Assembly (NCBI GenBank): GCA_963666835.2
Contig: CAXXGO010000001.1
Location: 1,760,001-1,824,000, forward strand
DNA from: Phycisphaerae bacterium
GTDB taxonomy: Bacteria; Planctomycetota; Phycisphaerae; UBA1845
Direction of reading: 5' to 3'
Length of the DNA: 64,000 bases
Shown here in pieces: positions 38,429 through 48,181 of the stretch. The notes below the pieces were generated by a model that did no database searches, was not told where the DNA came from, and worked only from the letters and a program-made list of their open reading frames with translations. The position numbers were made by a program, and so were the translations under genes. Within the stretch, counting starts at the first letter, position 1, and each line of letters starts with the position of its first letter.

Positions 38429-41400
38429 TCAATACTCTCCGGTGAACAGGCGCTGGAACACGGCCAGATCCCTTAGATCCACATCACCGTCAGGGATGTC
38501 GTCCAGGTCGAACAGGTCCTCGCACTCCTGGAACGCCGGGGCAACTCCCGGACCTGAAACACTCAGGCAGATTTCCACGAAGAAATAATCGTCCAGATCT
38601 ACATCGTTGTCGCCGTCGAAGTCGGCAAGCAGCCCGACGATTGTAGTCGTTGTATCCGGAATGACGGACCCGTCACCGGGGTCGGTCGGCGGCGCTTCGA
38701 CGTGGCCGACGTGGTCGCGGGCGACGCTGTAGAAGTCGTATGTATGCCCCACGCGGGCGCCGGTAAACCAGGCACATTCGTCCTCGGTAGTCAGCCAGGT
38801 GCTGTAGGATTCTCCGTTATCCGATACGTACACGGTATAGCCTTCCACGCCCGAGCCGCCAGCGTCATCCTCACCTGACCAACACACATCGAAATGGGCA
38901 TATGGTATCTCGACGGGCAGCGCATCCACCGTGCTGGTCGGTGCCACAGCGTCGATGGTGTTGAGCACTTCAGGCGTCTTGATCGCCTCGTTCCAGTCGA
39001 AGACGATCGATGCTTCGTTGGTGATCTCCGTGCCGGTGGGGAGATCAGCCACCGGCGCGACCGAATAGGTGAGGTATCCCTCGCCGGGGTGGATCAGGCG
39101 CGGCGGGTCGTTCGGGTCGTCCGGGTCGGGATAGAAAATGGACTCCTGATTCGGTGGCAGAAATCCCGCAAAGGGGTCTTCGGGAAAGTAGCCGGTGTTG
39201 ACATCGGCACAGACGATCGACCAGTTGACGACTCCGGTATCGAGATCGATCCCTGCTTCGACATCCACCACCAGCGGCACGAGCGGCGTCTCGGTGTCAT
39301 CATACTGTCGCCAACGCTCCTCCTCTTCGTCCCAAGTCCAGCCGTCAAGCTCGACGCGGCCTTCATAATGATCCAAGCCGTCCGGCACGTCGATGACGGT
39401 ACCGGCAAAGCCGATCTCGTCGAGCGTCAGCGTCTCCCACGCCAGGTTCTCGTGAAGCTGATCGGTCACTTCGATCTTGAGCGCCGCGGCTGTGGCCGCG
39501 GCCAGGTTTTCGAACCGGATGGTGTAAGGTATGGCATAGTCTTCCGCCACGAAGCCAACTTCACCATAGCCGTACGGGCTGAGCTTGTCGTTCGGATCCC
39601 TCGGCGCAATCACGATGATCGGCTCATCGTCAGGCAAACCGTCGCCGTCAAAATCGTCGGGCCTACCGTCTCCATCCGTGTCGTATGCGTCCTCTACACC
39701 ATCTCCGTCGGTGTCCCAACCCCACCGCCCATCACCGTTGCTGTCGATTGGATCACCGTAATCAGGGTCGGGAGGATTAGTATCGTCGTCATCATCGTTG
39801 CCTTCAAAATCGGCAAAGTGATAGCCCCTGCCACCATTGACCAGTGTTTGGCACCAGTCCTGGATTGGTGGATTGCCGGAATGCTCTACGCCGACGCCAT
39901 TACCGACATAGAGGACAACATGGCCATCCGTAAAAACTACGTCGCCGGGCTGAAGATTGCCCAAGTCTTCGGGTGTCGCAATGTTGCTGACTTCGTTTTC
40001 TAGAAGACTGCAACCAGGCTGAGAGATATTCAAACCACCCGCAGAGAGACAAGCGGACACGAAATGCGCACAATCGTGGCCATATCCATCATTGCCACAG
40101 GAACTAGCGGGCCCCAGGACTTCACTTAATGGTTGCCCATACGTGGTCGCATGTTTAACCTCGTTGGTTGGCTCCCCGCAGTAGAATACGCCATCATCGC
40201 AGAATTTGTCGCAGAAGATCGTCCCGTATTGTACAGCGTCAGCTGGGTCATATTGATCCACTGTGGCCGACACATAGAGTTCTCTCACCAAGAACGAGCG
40301 TGCACTGCTTCCGCGACTTGACGGCGCTCCTTGCCGCGTCGCCTCGCGCGCGAGCGAGGATATGTAATCACCCGACGCGTTACCCAGCCGGGCGAGGATT
40401 TCCCGCCAGTGCTCCTCCCAATACTCCTCGGGTATCGAACCGGGCCGAATGTCCATGTACATGCTCTCCCAGTCAATCGGTATAGTGCTTGTTGCCATCA
40501 TCCTCCGCAGTGCGATTCGTGTCGGCCCAATACCACGAAATTCGATGCGGTTGGTTGCCCCCGGGCCCAAAATCCCCGCTGGCCCGGAGGAACTCACGGC
40601 AATAAACTGCTCTGTGGTAAACTTGTGGTGTATATCATGCGGAAGCCACATGGAATACTTGTTGCTTTCCACGATAAGCAACGGTGCGATCATGTCCACA
40701 TTTCCGTGGTTCGTGTACTCCAAGGAGAATCCGACCTCCGCCGTGCCACCTATGGTGTGGACCCGCACGGGACCGGGCATCGCAAAGTGAGCATCAAAGG
40801 CGGGTGCTCCACCGGGGACAACGGTGAAGGCGGAGAACAACGTTCTGATAGCACCAGCGTCGTCAAGCCGAACGTCATAGGTTCCCGGCTCAAGATCTCT
40901 GAGGTCAAAAGTCGGCCAGAGGCTGCCGGTGTTCTCAAGATAGATGGGATCGCCTTGGAGCATGACTTCATCGGAGTCAACCAAGTATGCGAGTGTATCC
41001 GGACGGAAGCGAGACCCCGTCAACTCGAGAGTGACATTGCCTGCATTACCCCCGCTCGAGACCCCTATTCCATTGAGCTCAAACGGAAGATACTCCACTC
41101 GGATGTTGAACGCCGCTGAATTGCCGACAAGCATGTCCCCGTATGCCAGTATGTAGTACCAACCGGCCTGCGTCCCCGGCACGCGCACAGTCTGGTCCGG
41201 ATTCGACACGACATCGTACTTCGCGTCAAACGTGGATCGCGTAGCCGGGTAGTCGTAGCGGATGTAGAGTTCGACTATCCCCATCTCAGCCGTAGCGTCC
41301 AGCGTGACGAGCAGGTCTTCGCCCTCGACAGCATCCACCTTATATTGCCGCATACCGGGGATGGAGGGGAATTCGTCATCAAGACCCGGACATTCAGCGG

Positions 41401-44218
41401 GTGTTGACCCGGCTGGACAAACGTTGAGCGCCGGCACATCGACGTGGATCGGCGTGACCGCGACGTTGTCTCCTTCGCCCTCATCTTCTTGGATATCGTT
41501 GTAGACGTCGGTTCGAGCCAGCAAGTAATAATCACCGACCTGCACGGCCGGGATCTGAACCGCGATGCCTGACCGTTCGTAGTCAGCGAGCGCCTCCAGT
41601 GTTCCCACGTACTCCAGGACGCCAAGGTGCCGATCCCAGATATCCCACGTGGCGTCGGTGGATAGATACAGTGCATCCGTCCACTTGGCCGTAAGCGCTC
41701 GACTGCGCTTGTTGCCCACGACCCAGGCCACGTCGACGGTCTCGCCGGTCACTCCCATCGCCGGTGCCGTGATCGAGACAGCCTCGAGATCGCCGGCGGC
41801 TTTGTGCTTATCCTGGTTCAGCAGGACCGAGTATCCAACGGTGCCGTTGACGCCTGCAATGTCCAAGCGCCCGTCGCGGTTGAAGTCCCCGGTGGCAAGA
41901 TCAAATGCGTTGGCTGTGCTCAAGTAGTATCTGGGTTCAGCGAAGCAGCCTTCCTCCTGACCGAGAAGGATGGCAAAGTACGTTCCCAAGCATAGGTCGT
42001 CGATTCCATCACGATTGAAGTCGGCGGCGGTGAGGCCCACACCCGTGCCCGTGGGCACTTCCGCGCATTGGTCGGTTCCTGCAAAGCTGCCGCCCACGTC
42101 TCCCCATACGACTTCGATGGTGCCTGTGTCGCTCGCCAGGTCCCAGTAACCATCGCCGTTGAAGTCACCCACAGCGCATGCCCTGGGGATGGCGCTGAGC
42201 TGGAGTCCCTGCGGATCGGCAAACCCGGTTCCGCCATCATTGAAAGCTACGCCCAACGAACGGCTGTCTTCGCCGAAGCGACCGGCCAGATCCATCCAGC
42301 CATCTCGGTCGAAGTCGACCGCCATGATGTCGCCGCTTACTCCGAACTCGACGGGGTTGGCAAGCGTGCCGTCGGCCTGGCCGAATAGGACGGTGTCTCC
42401 CACCGCAACGTCCACGAGCCTGACCCCGTCCAACTCGTGCTCGTCAAAGTAACCGATCGCCAAGCTCCGGCCGTCGCCGGTGAAGGAGTAGTCGACCGGT
42501 TCCGCGAATACGCGGGAGCCCGTCTGGTGAAAGACACGCAGCACGTCGGCCGATGTGCTGACGATCAAGTCGAGAAGGCCGTTGCCGTTGACGTCAGCCA
42601 GGGCTATGTTGAACGCGGCGGAATCTGTCTGGAACATCGTGGGGTCTTGCTGGAATTTCCCGGTTCCGTTTCCCCAGAGAACGTAGGCACGCATCGCCTC
42701 CCTATCGGCCATTGCAAGGTCGCTGAAACCGTCACCATCGATGTCCCCCGTCGCGATCGCCCTGAGATCCACGCCGAGTTCGATGTCGTCGATCCTTGTG
42801 GCCAACTTGCCCTGCATTCTGTCGTAGTCCACGACACCACCGCCCATAGAAAGTAACTCCGGTCGCCCGTCGCGATCCACGTCCGCGGTTGTGTGTTGGC
42901 CAAGCCATCCTGAACCTCCGGCCCGAAATGTCGTCTGCCGGAAGCTCCAGTCTCCATCGTCACCCGGCCCGTAAAGGGCGGTCAAGGCACTCTGGTTAAC
43001 AATGTACCACTGGCTCCAGGTGAAATCGATCGCAAGATCGTCGCGGCCGTTGCCGTCCAGATCAGCGGCACTCAAGAACTTGGGCACGATCTTGCCACCC
43101 TGGCTGGGGTGAAAAGTGCCGGGGGCAAACTCCGCCCATCCGCCGAGGTAGCGGCGCCTGCCAAACGCGCCGTCCGGTGTGCCGTAGAAGATGTGCAACC
43201 ATTCACAGTCGACATTGCCCGGGCAGTAATAACCGTATTCACCCCCCACGCCCGCGATGTCCTTCAGGCCATCCCCGTCGAAATCGCCAACCGCAAGCCC
43301 TATTGGGGCGCGATTGACGTTGTAACGCTGCGACTCACCGAGACCGACGCCTTGCTCACCGTATTGCACACAGAAGTACATCTGAGTGCTTGGGTAGTCA
43401 CTTCTGAAACCCTGGACGAGATCGTCGATGCCATCCCGGTTGAGATCGGCAACCACGGGCTGCGGCCCGAAGACTTGGCCACAGGTTGTACCACTGGGTG
43501 AGCCAAGCGTGCCGTCGCATTGCCCGTACCGCAGGTTTCCGCGGTCGGTGACCACGTCCGCGCAGCCGTTGCCATCGAAATCGCCCGTGGCGATGAACCA
43601 CCCGCTTGCTGCAAAGGACTCGCCGTACGCGAAACCGCCCCCTGGCTGGCTCAGAAGGAGTTGCAGCCCGCCAGACTCGTAGTTCAGGACCACCAGGTCC
43701 AGCCGCCCATCGAGGTCGAAATGGCCCGCGGCGATCGAGACCGGCCCATTGTGAAAGTCATTGCCGGCTGGGTAGAGTTCAGCTTCTTCGATTGTGCCGA
43801 ACGTGCCGTTTGCTCTCCCGTAGTGGATAGTTATCGCGTGGAGTTCAGGACCCAGGTTCGCCCGACTATGCGCAACGGCGAGGTCGAGCAACCCATCGTC
43901 ATTCAGATCGGCGGCAACGAGCGATATGCCTTCGCCTCCACCAAGACCGAAAGCTCGGCCCGGGAACAGATAGCTGATCGCATCCCGCAGAGGATCAACT
44001 AGTGTAGCCGATTCGTCCAATGCCCTGGTGTAGGGAGCGGATTGGCGGCTGTGTGCAGGGACTCCGACCACCGCACGCGGCGTCAACGGCTGCGGGCGAT
44101 CCACTGGTCGCGGTGACGTCAGAACAGGTACGTCGTGTTCGTCATGTATCCCCGCCGGTTCGTACACAGCGCCGAATAGCGTCGAGACGAGGATAATGGC
44201 AAGAGTGAAGTGCTCCAT
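38429..44218 (-). CDS. Giant secreted protein: FG-GAP/VCBS propellers, CARDB and PPC-like domains, Cys-His amidase-like insert, DPNDK-type domain, FN3-like and dockerin-like C-terminus
   Basis: Many ADLNxDGxxDL repeats, GDLEAVSITAP..YLSTD..D, DCAHFVSACL..GHV, DPNDK..YTIRFEN, DFDGDNDVDLDDY; AGGAGG RBS and signal peptide. Confidence 0.85.
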   Translation of the reverse strand: MEHFTLAIILVSTLFGAVYEPAGIHDEHDVPVLTSPRPVDRPQPLTPRAVVGVPAHSRQSAPYTRALDESATLVDPLRDAISYLFPGRAFGLGGGEGISLVAADLNDDGLLDLAVAHSRANLGPELHAITIHYGRANGTFGTIEEAELYPAGNDFHNGPVSIAAGHFDLDGRLDLVVLNYESGGLQLLLSQPGGGFAYGESFAASGWFIATGDFDGNGCADVVTDRGNLRYGQCDGTLGSPSGTTCGQVFGPQPVVADLNRDGIDDLVQGFRSDYPSTQMYFCVQYGEQGVGLGESQRYNVNRAPIGLAVGDFDGDGLKDIAGVGGEYGYYCPGNVDCEWLHIFYGTPDGAFGRRRYLGGWAEFAPGTFHPSQGGKIVPKFLSAADLDGNGRDDLAIDFTWSQWYIVNQSALTALYGPGDDGDWSFRQTTFRAGGSGWLGQHTTADVDRDGRPELLSMGGGVVDYDRMQGKLATRIDDIELGVDLRAIATGDIDGDGFSDLAMADREAMRAYVLWGNGTGKFQQDPTMFQTDSAAFNIALADVNGNGLLDLIVSTSADVLRVFHQTGSRVFAEPVDYSFTGDGRSLAIGYFDEHELDGVRLVDVAVGDTVLFGQADGTLANPVEFGVSGDIMAVDFDRDGWMDLAGRFGEDSRSLGVAFNDGGTGFADPQGLQLSAIPRACAVGDFNGDGYWDLASDTGTIEVVWGDVGGSFAGTDQCAEVPTGTGVGLTAADFNRDGIDDLCLGTYFAILLGQEEGCFAEPRYYLSTANAFDLATGDFNRDGRLDIAGVNGTVGYSVLLNQDKHKAAGDLEAVSITAPAMGVTGETVDVAWVVGNKRSRALTAKWTDALYLSTDATWDIWDRHLGVLEYVGTLEALADYERSGIAVQIPAVQVGDYYLLARTDVYNDIQEDEGEGDNVAVTPIHVDVPALNVCPAGSTPAECPGLDDEFPSIPGMRQYKVDAVEGEDLLVTLDATAEMGIVELYIRYDYPATRSTFDAKYDVVSNPDQTVRVPGTQAGWYYILAYGDMLVGNSAAFNIRVEYLPFELNGIGVSSGGNAGNVTLELTGSRFRPDTLAYLVDSDEVMLQGDPIYLENTGSLWPTFDLRDLEPGTYDVRLDDAGAIRTLFSAFTVVPGGAPAFDAHFAMPGPVRVHTIGGTAEVGFSLEYTNHGNVDMIAPLLIVESNKYSMWLPHDIHHKFTTEQFIAVSSSGPAGILGPGATNRIEFRGIGPTRIALRRMMATSTIPIDWESMYMDIRPGSIPEEYWEEHWREILARLGNASGDYISSLAREATRQGAPSSRGSSARSFLVRELYVSATVDQYDPADAVQYGTIFCDKFCDDGVFYCGEPTNEVKHATTYGQPLSEVLGPASSCGNDGYGHDCAHFVSACLSAGGLNISQPGCSLLENEVSNIATPEDLGNLQPGDVVFTDGHVVLYVGNGVGVEHSGNPPIQDWCQTLVNGGRGYHFADFEGNDDDDDTNPPDPDYGDPIDSNGDGRWGWDTDGDGVEDAYDTDGDGRPDDFDGDGLPDDEPIIVIAPRDPNDKLSPYGYGEVGFVAEDYAIPYTIRFENLAAATAAALKIEVTDQLHENLAWETLTLDEIGFAGTVIDVPDGLDHYEGRVELDGWTWDEEEERWRQYDDTETPLVPLVVDVEAGIDLDTGVVNWSIVCADVNTGYFPEDPFAGFLPPNQESIFYPDPDDPNDPPRLIHPGEGYLTYSVAPVADLPTGTEITNEASIVFDWNEAIKTPEVLNTIDAVAPTSTVDALPVEIPYAHFDVCWSGEDDAGGSGVEGYTVYVSDNGESYSTWLTTEDECAWFTGARVGHTYDFYSVARDHVGHVEAPPTDPGDGSVIPDTTTTIVGLLADFDGDNDVDLDDYFFVEICLSVSGPGVAPAFQECEDLFDLDDIPDGDVDLRDLAVFQRLFTGEY

Positions 44219-44608
44219 GTTCCGCCTCCTAAAACAGTGCCGGACTCGTCAATCCGATGTTTGAAACGCCATAGTGGCGATTATAGCGATGGCGATGCGG
44301 CTGTGATACACGGGTGGGCGATGCACGTTGGCGGAGGAGCGTGGATTCCGGCGGATGCTGCGGCCTCGACATAATATCGAAAGTCATCCGCGCGCTCGGT
44401 GGTACGCCAGATGACCATCGTCACACAAGCCAGATCCCCGGACAGGAGCAGTTTGGCACGCAACGCCCGAAAAGGGAACCCTCATCCTCTGTTGTTGCTA
44501 GAGCGAGCGCTTGGGGGTATATGGAAAGAGGCTCGGTAGGGAATCGCCTACCCAAGCTCATGTCGGCGGGGTCTGCTCGAAACAGGTCCCTCTTTCCCCA
44601 ACGCCCCC

Positions 44609-46045
44609 CTACGGAGCAACTTCGGCGACGGAGTTCAGTTCGCCATACTCATTGGTTTCCACCAGCGGGTTGTGGTGGTCGTGGGACCAGCGGCCGTCGA
44701 CGACCAGGCGGTAACGGTATCGCCCGCTCGGCAAGCGGAGGCTGGTCTCGAAGTCGCCGTTGACCAAGCGGCGCATCGGCGTGGCGTGCGGCATCCAATC
44801 GTTGAAGTCCCCGGCCAACTGAACCTCGTTAGCCTCCGGGTTGCGCGTCCGGAACACGATGATCTCGCCGTCCTGGCGCACTCCATAGACCTCTTCGATC
44901 TTCCGACTGATCTCCTCGGGCGTGGCCGGCCTTTGCGCCGGGCGGGGAGCGGGCGCGACCGGGCGTTGTACTAGATCCGCTACGGCCGAAATCGCCGCCT
45001 TGCTACCGGCGGAAGCCGGAATAATCTCCGGCGGCACGTCCGGAGCTACCGCAGACCGTCCGCTGATCGCGACATCCATGGCCGGGGACGACGCCGGTAC
45101 ATTCGTCGGAGGAGCCGGCGAGGCTGACTTCCCGTTCGTCTTGGGCTGGGCGGTTACCGCGGTCTTCGTCGAGGCGGTCCGCGTGTCAATCAACGTGGCC
45201 GTGGTAGCCAGCAGTCGATCCGCATCCGCAGCGAGCTTCTCAACGTGTTGGAGGATATCGGTTTTGGATGTTCTGACCGGCTCGGTAGCGAGAATCTCGC
45301 GGGCGAGCTTCTGGAAATCGCGAGCCCCCATACTGGTAGGCGCAAACTCGGTAATGGGCTGGCCGAAACTGGCTCCCTCTTTGAGCTTCGTATTGAAGTT
45401 GATAATCGTATCGAAGATGACGCCTTTGAAACGGTCCCTCAACTCGGCGAGGATCTCCCGGGCCAGCTTCGTGCGTACGTCGTACTGATTCGGCAGCACC
45501 CGCACGGACGGCTTGGCCCCGACGCGCTCGCAGATCTGGTCGATCGTGGTTAGCTGCTGGGTCAACCCATGAAGCGAGAAGAAGCCGGTATCAACCGGAA
45601 TGATGATCTCGTCCGCAGCGCAGAGCCCGTTGCGCATCAACAGGCCCAGGTGCGGTGGACAGTCGACCACGCAATAGTCGTACCGCGATGAATTCGCCGC
45701 GAGCACATCGCGCAGAGGAGTGTCGGCATCGTCTTGGATGCCCAACTTAGGCTCCAACAAGGCAAGGTTCGAACGCGACGGCGCCACATCGAGGGTGGGC
45801 GCAATCTGCCAGGTGATCTGCGACAACTCGATCGGCTCGCCTTCGAGCTTGGCCATGAGACAATCGAAGATGGACAGATCGATCTGCTCGTCCGGCACGG
45901 CCATTCCCAGGGCGCAGTGGCCTTGCGGATCCAGATCTACCAGGAGAACTCGCCGCCCTTCGCGGGCTATTGACGCTGAAAGATTGATAGCGACGGTGGT
46001 CTTTCCACAGCCGCCCTTCTGATTGGCAATAGTGATCGTGCGCAC
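44609..46045 (-). CDS. ParA/Soj-family ATPase fused to a C-terminal AMPK-beta-type glycogen-binding domain (CBM48-like)
   Basis: ANQKGGCGKTT, DLDPQG, DCPP; Pro/Ala linker; VQLAGDFNDW..GRYRYRLVVDGRW..D..N..NS; start GTG 46045 (alternative ATG 46069). Confidence 0.9.
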   Translation of the reverse strand: MRTITIANQKGGCGKTTVAINLSASIAREGRRVLLVDLDPQGHCALGMAVPDEQIDLSIFDCLMAKLEGEPIELSQITWQIAPTLDVAPSRSNLALLEPKLGIQDDADTPLRDVLAANSSRYDYCVVDCPPHLGLLMRNGLCAADEIIIPVDTGFFSLHGLTQQLTTIDQICERVGAKPSVRVLPNQYDVRTKLAREILAELRDRFKGVIFDTIINFNTKLKEGASFGQPITEFAPTSMGARDFQKLAREILATEPVRTSKTDILQHVEKLAADADRLLATTATLIDTRTASTKTAVTAQPKTNGKSASPAPPTNVPASSPAMDVAISGRSAVAPDVPPEIIPASAGSKAAISAVADLVQRPVAPAPRPAQRPATPEEISRKIEEVYGVRQDGEIIVFRTRNPEANEVQLAGDFNDWMPHATPMRRLVNGDFETSLRLPSGRYRYRLVVDGRWSHDHHNPLVETNEYGELNSVAEVAP

Positions 46046-46447
46046 GGGAATAACCCTCACGTTGACCATGAGGGAGGCGAGCTAATACACCCGCGTCGAG
46101 GGGTCGCCTCCTGCTGCCCTACGAAGCGGCATACGCGAGAGGGCCTGGTCACTACCGGGCAACGACCATGCAGCCATCCTGCCGCCGCCTCCGGCGACCA
46201 GCGCGGATGGCGCGCTGCTCCAACCAAGTCCTCTCGCCGGAAATATCGGATGTCAGCATTGAGAAACTTGAAGATATTATTGGACTTAACACGGAAATCA
46301 GTACTGACAACCCGCTTTCTCGACCCTGGCAACGCCGAAATCGGCCCGGACGGAACCGAGTTGCAGGCGGCACAATAAACGGACGATGCATCGGTGTTAC
46401 GTCCGTTTTGCAGTAGATTTCTGCGCGTTGCACGGAGCCGCTACGAC

Positions 46448-48115
46448 ATGGTCGATCGAATGACAGCCCAACCGCGGCTTCCCGGCCGGCTTTCAAAGAG
46501 CCGAGGAGGCATCGTCCGGAGCGAGACTTCCGCACTCAGTATTGAAGACCGAGCCGATGCGGCGTTCATCAGGCATGCAACAAAGGTCGCGCTCCTGCCG
46601 GCCTTGCTCGTCATTGTCCTCCCGTTCGTCCTCCCCGCGGGCTGCGGGTTGGGGTACATCGATATTGTCCCCGAAGAGACCATGACTCTCCGCGTGGAAA
46701 ACGGCACCCCAGACGGGGTCAGCATAACGGTCACAGTCGAGGGGCCGGAGATAACGGAATCCGAGGACACCGACGCAGACAAGACCTCATCGGACACCGT
46801 AATATACGTACTCGGCGGCAACACCTCCGTCGGAAGCGTTCCGTGCGACGAGACAATCACTATCGCGGCGGTCATGTCGGATTCGTCGTCCACGGCCGTG
46901 GCGTTCAGCGGGGATGGGACAGGCACCCCGGGATTCGATTCGGGGAGCGTTGGTGCTTCAGGGCAAAGACATCTCATTCGCGACACGCATTTTACGTGCG
47001 CGGACTCGATTTTGATCCAGTTGTCCAGCTCGGGATCCGGAACCGTCGTGGTTGTAGAGGAGGGCGAATCGTTCCCCGATCCGGTCACCACTTCTGACGA
47101 GACTGATCCTACTGAAGGTTCCGAGCCGGCGACAGTAAGGCTCCAACTGGAGAACGCGACCGCAACGGCCGCCGACGTCACTATCGCGACGGGAACAAGT
47201 GAGGAAGAAGGCGAAACCACCACTGGCCAGCCGGTGCGGGTGCCGGCCGGACAGTACACGACCGGTGAAGTGGCGTGCGGGGCGGACTACGTCATTTCGG
47301 GCACGATGGCGGGAGATGACTCGGCGGCACTGTTGTTCTCAGGAGATGGGACCGGCACGGCCGGCTTCGACAGTGCGAGCGTTGGCTTGGACGGTGAGCG
47401 ACTTCTTGCGTTCCTAGAGCATTACGCATGCGGGGAGACTGTGGTGATCCGCATCGAGGACGACGGAAGTGGCATCGGCAGCAGCACGAGCGAGACCCCG
47501 CTGGGTACGGTGGCGGTGTATGCCGCAAACGAGACCGTCCCGGAGCCTGATCTCCCCGACCCGGATGACGAGACTCCCGTGACCGACGCAGCCGACGAGG
47601 TGACCCTGGTGATTGTCAACGCTGTAGAGAGCACTATCCAGATTAACTTCGCAACGGGTAACGGATCACTGGCTGACACCGGTGGTACGGACATCTCCAG
47701 CTCGACTGATGTGCGGGTGCCGCCCGGTTCAACCTCTTTTGGAACCGGGTCCTGTGCGCAGGAGTACATGATCGCCGGGGCTCATCTCGAAACGACCGGA
47801 ACGACCTACTCCGAAGGCGGCGGGGACATTTTCGAGGGCGGCGGCAGCGTGAACTTCCATGGAATCGTCTTCACCGGTGACGGGACCGGCACCGAAGGGT
47901 TCGACGGAAACTCGATTGCGGTCTCGCGCGGACGGCTCTTTCAGCTCGGCACCCACTTCGAATGCGGCGATACGATCACCGTCACCGTCACGGCCACGAA
48001 CAACCAAGTCAAGGTCGACGAAGATGGAGTAGCGGAGGTTGATGAGTACGGCGAACCGACGATCGGCTACGGTGTCGGGACCGGTACGGTCTCTGTTACC
48101 GCAGGAGGTAGCTGA
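46448..48115 (+). CDS. Acidic lipoprotein with three internal ~110-aa repeats
   Basis: LPAGC lipobox; three copies of F(S/T)GDGTGTxGFD with conserved Cys pairs; start codon uncertain. Confidence 0.7.
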   Translation: MVDRMTAQPRLPGRLSKSRGGIVRSETSALSIEDRADAAFIRHATKVALLPALLVIVLPFVLPAGCGLGYIDIVPEETMTLRVENGTPDGVSITVTVEGPEITESEDTDADKTSSDTVIYVLGGNTSVGSVPCDETITIAAVMSDSSSTAVAFSGDGTGTPGFDSGSVGASGQRHLIRDTHFTCADSILIQLSSSGSGTVVVVEEGESFPDPVTTSDETDPTEGSEPATVRLQLENATATAADVTIATGTSEEEGETTTGQPVRVPAGQYTTGEVACGADYVISGTMAGDDSAALLFSGDGTGTAGFDSASVGLDGERLLAFLEHYACGETVVIRIEDDGSGIGSSTSETPLGTVAVYAANETVPEPDLPDPDDETPVTDAADEVTLVIVNAVESTIQINFATGNGSLADTGGTDISSSTDVRVPPGSTSFGTGSCAQEYMIAGAHLETTGTTYSEGGGDIFEGGGSVNFHGIVFTGDGTGTEGFDGNSIAVSRGRLFQLGTHFECGDTITVTVTATNNQVKVDEDGVAEVDEYGEPTIGYGVGTGTVSVTAGGS

Positions 48116-48181
48116 ACCGGTGCCGGAGAACGCGCCCCTTGGATCCGCCCGCGGTAACCGCTGACGGATCCGTCTATCCGA

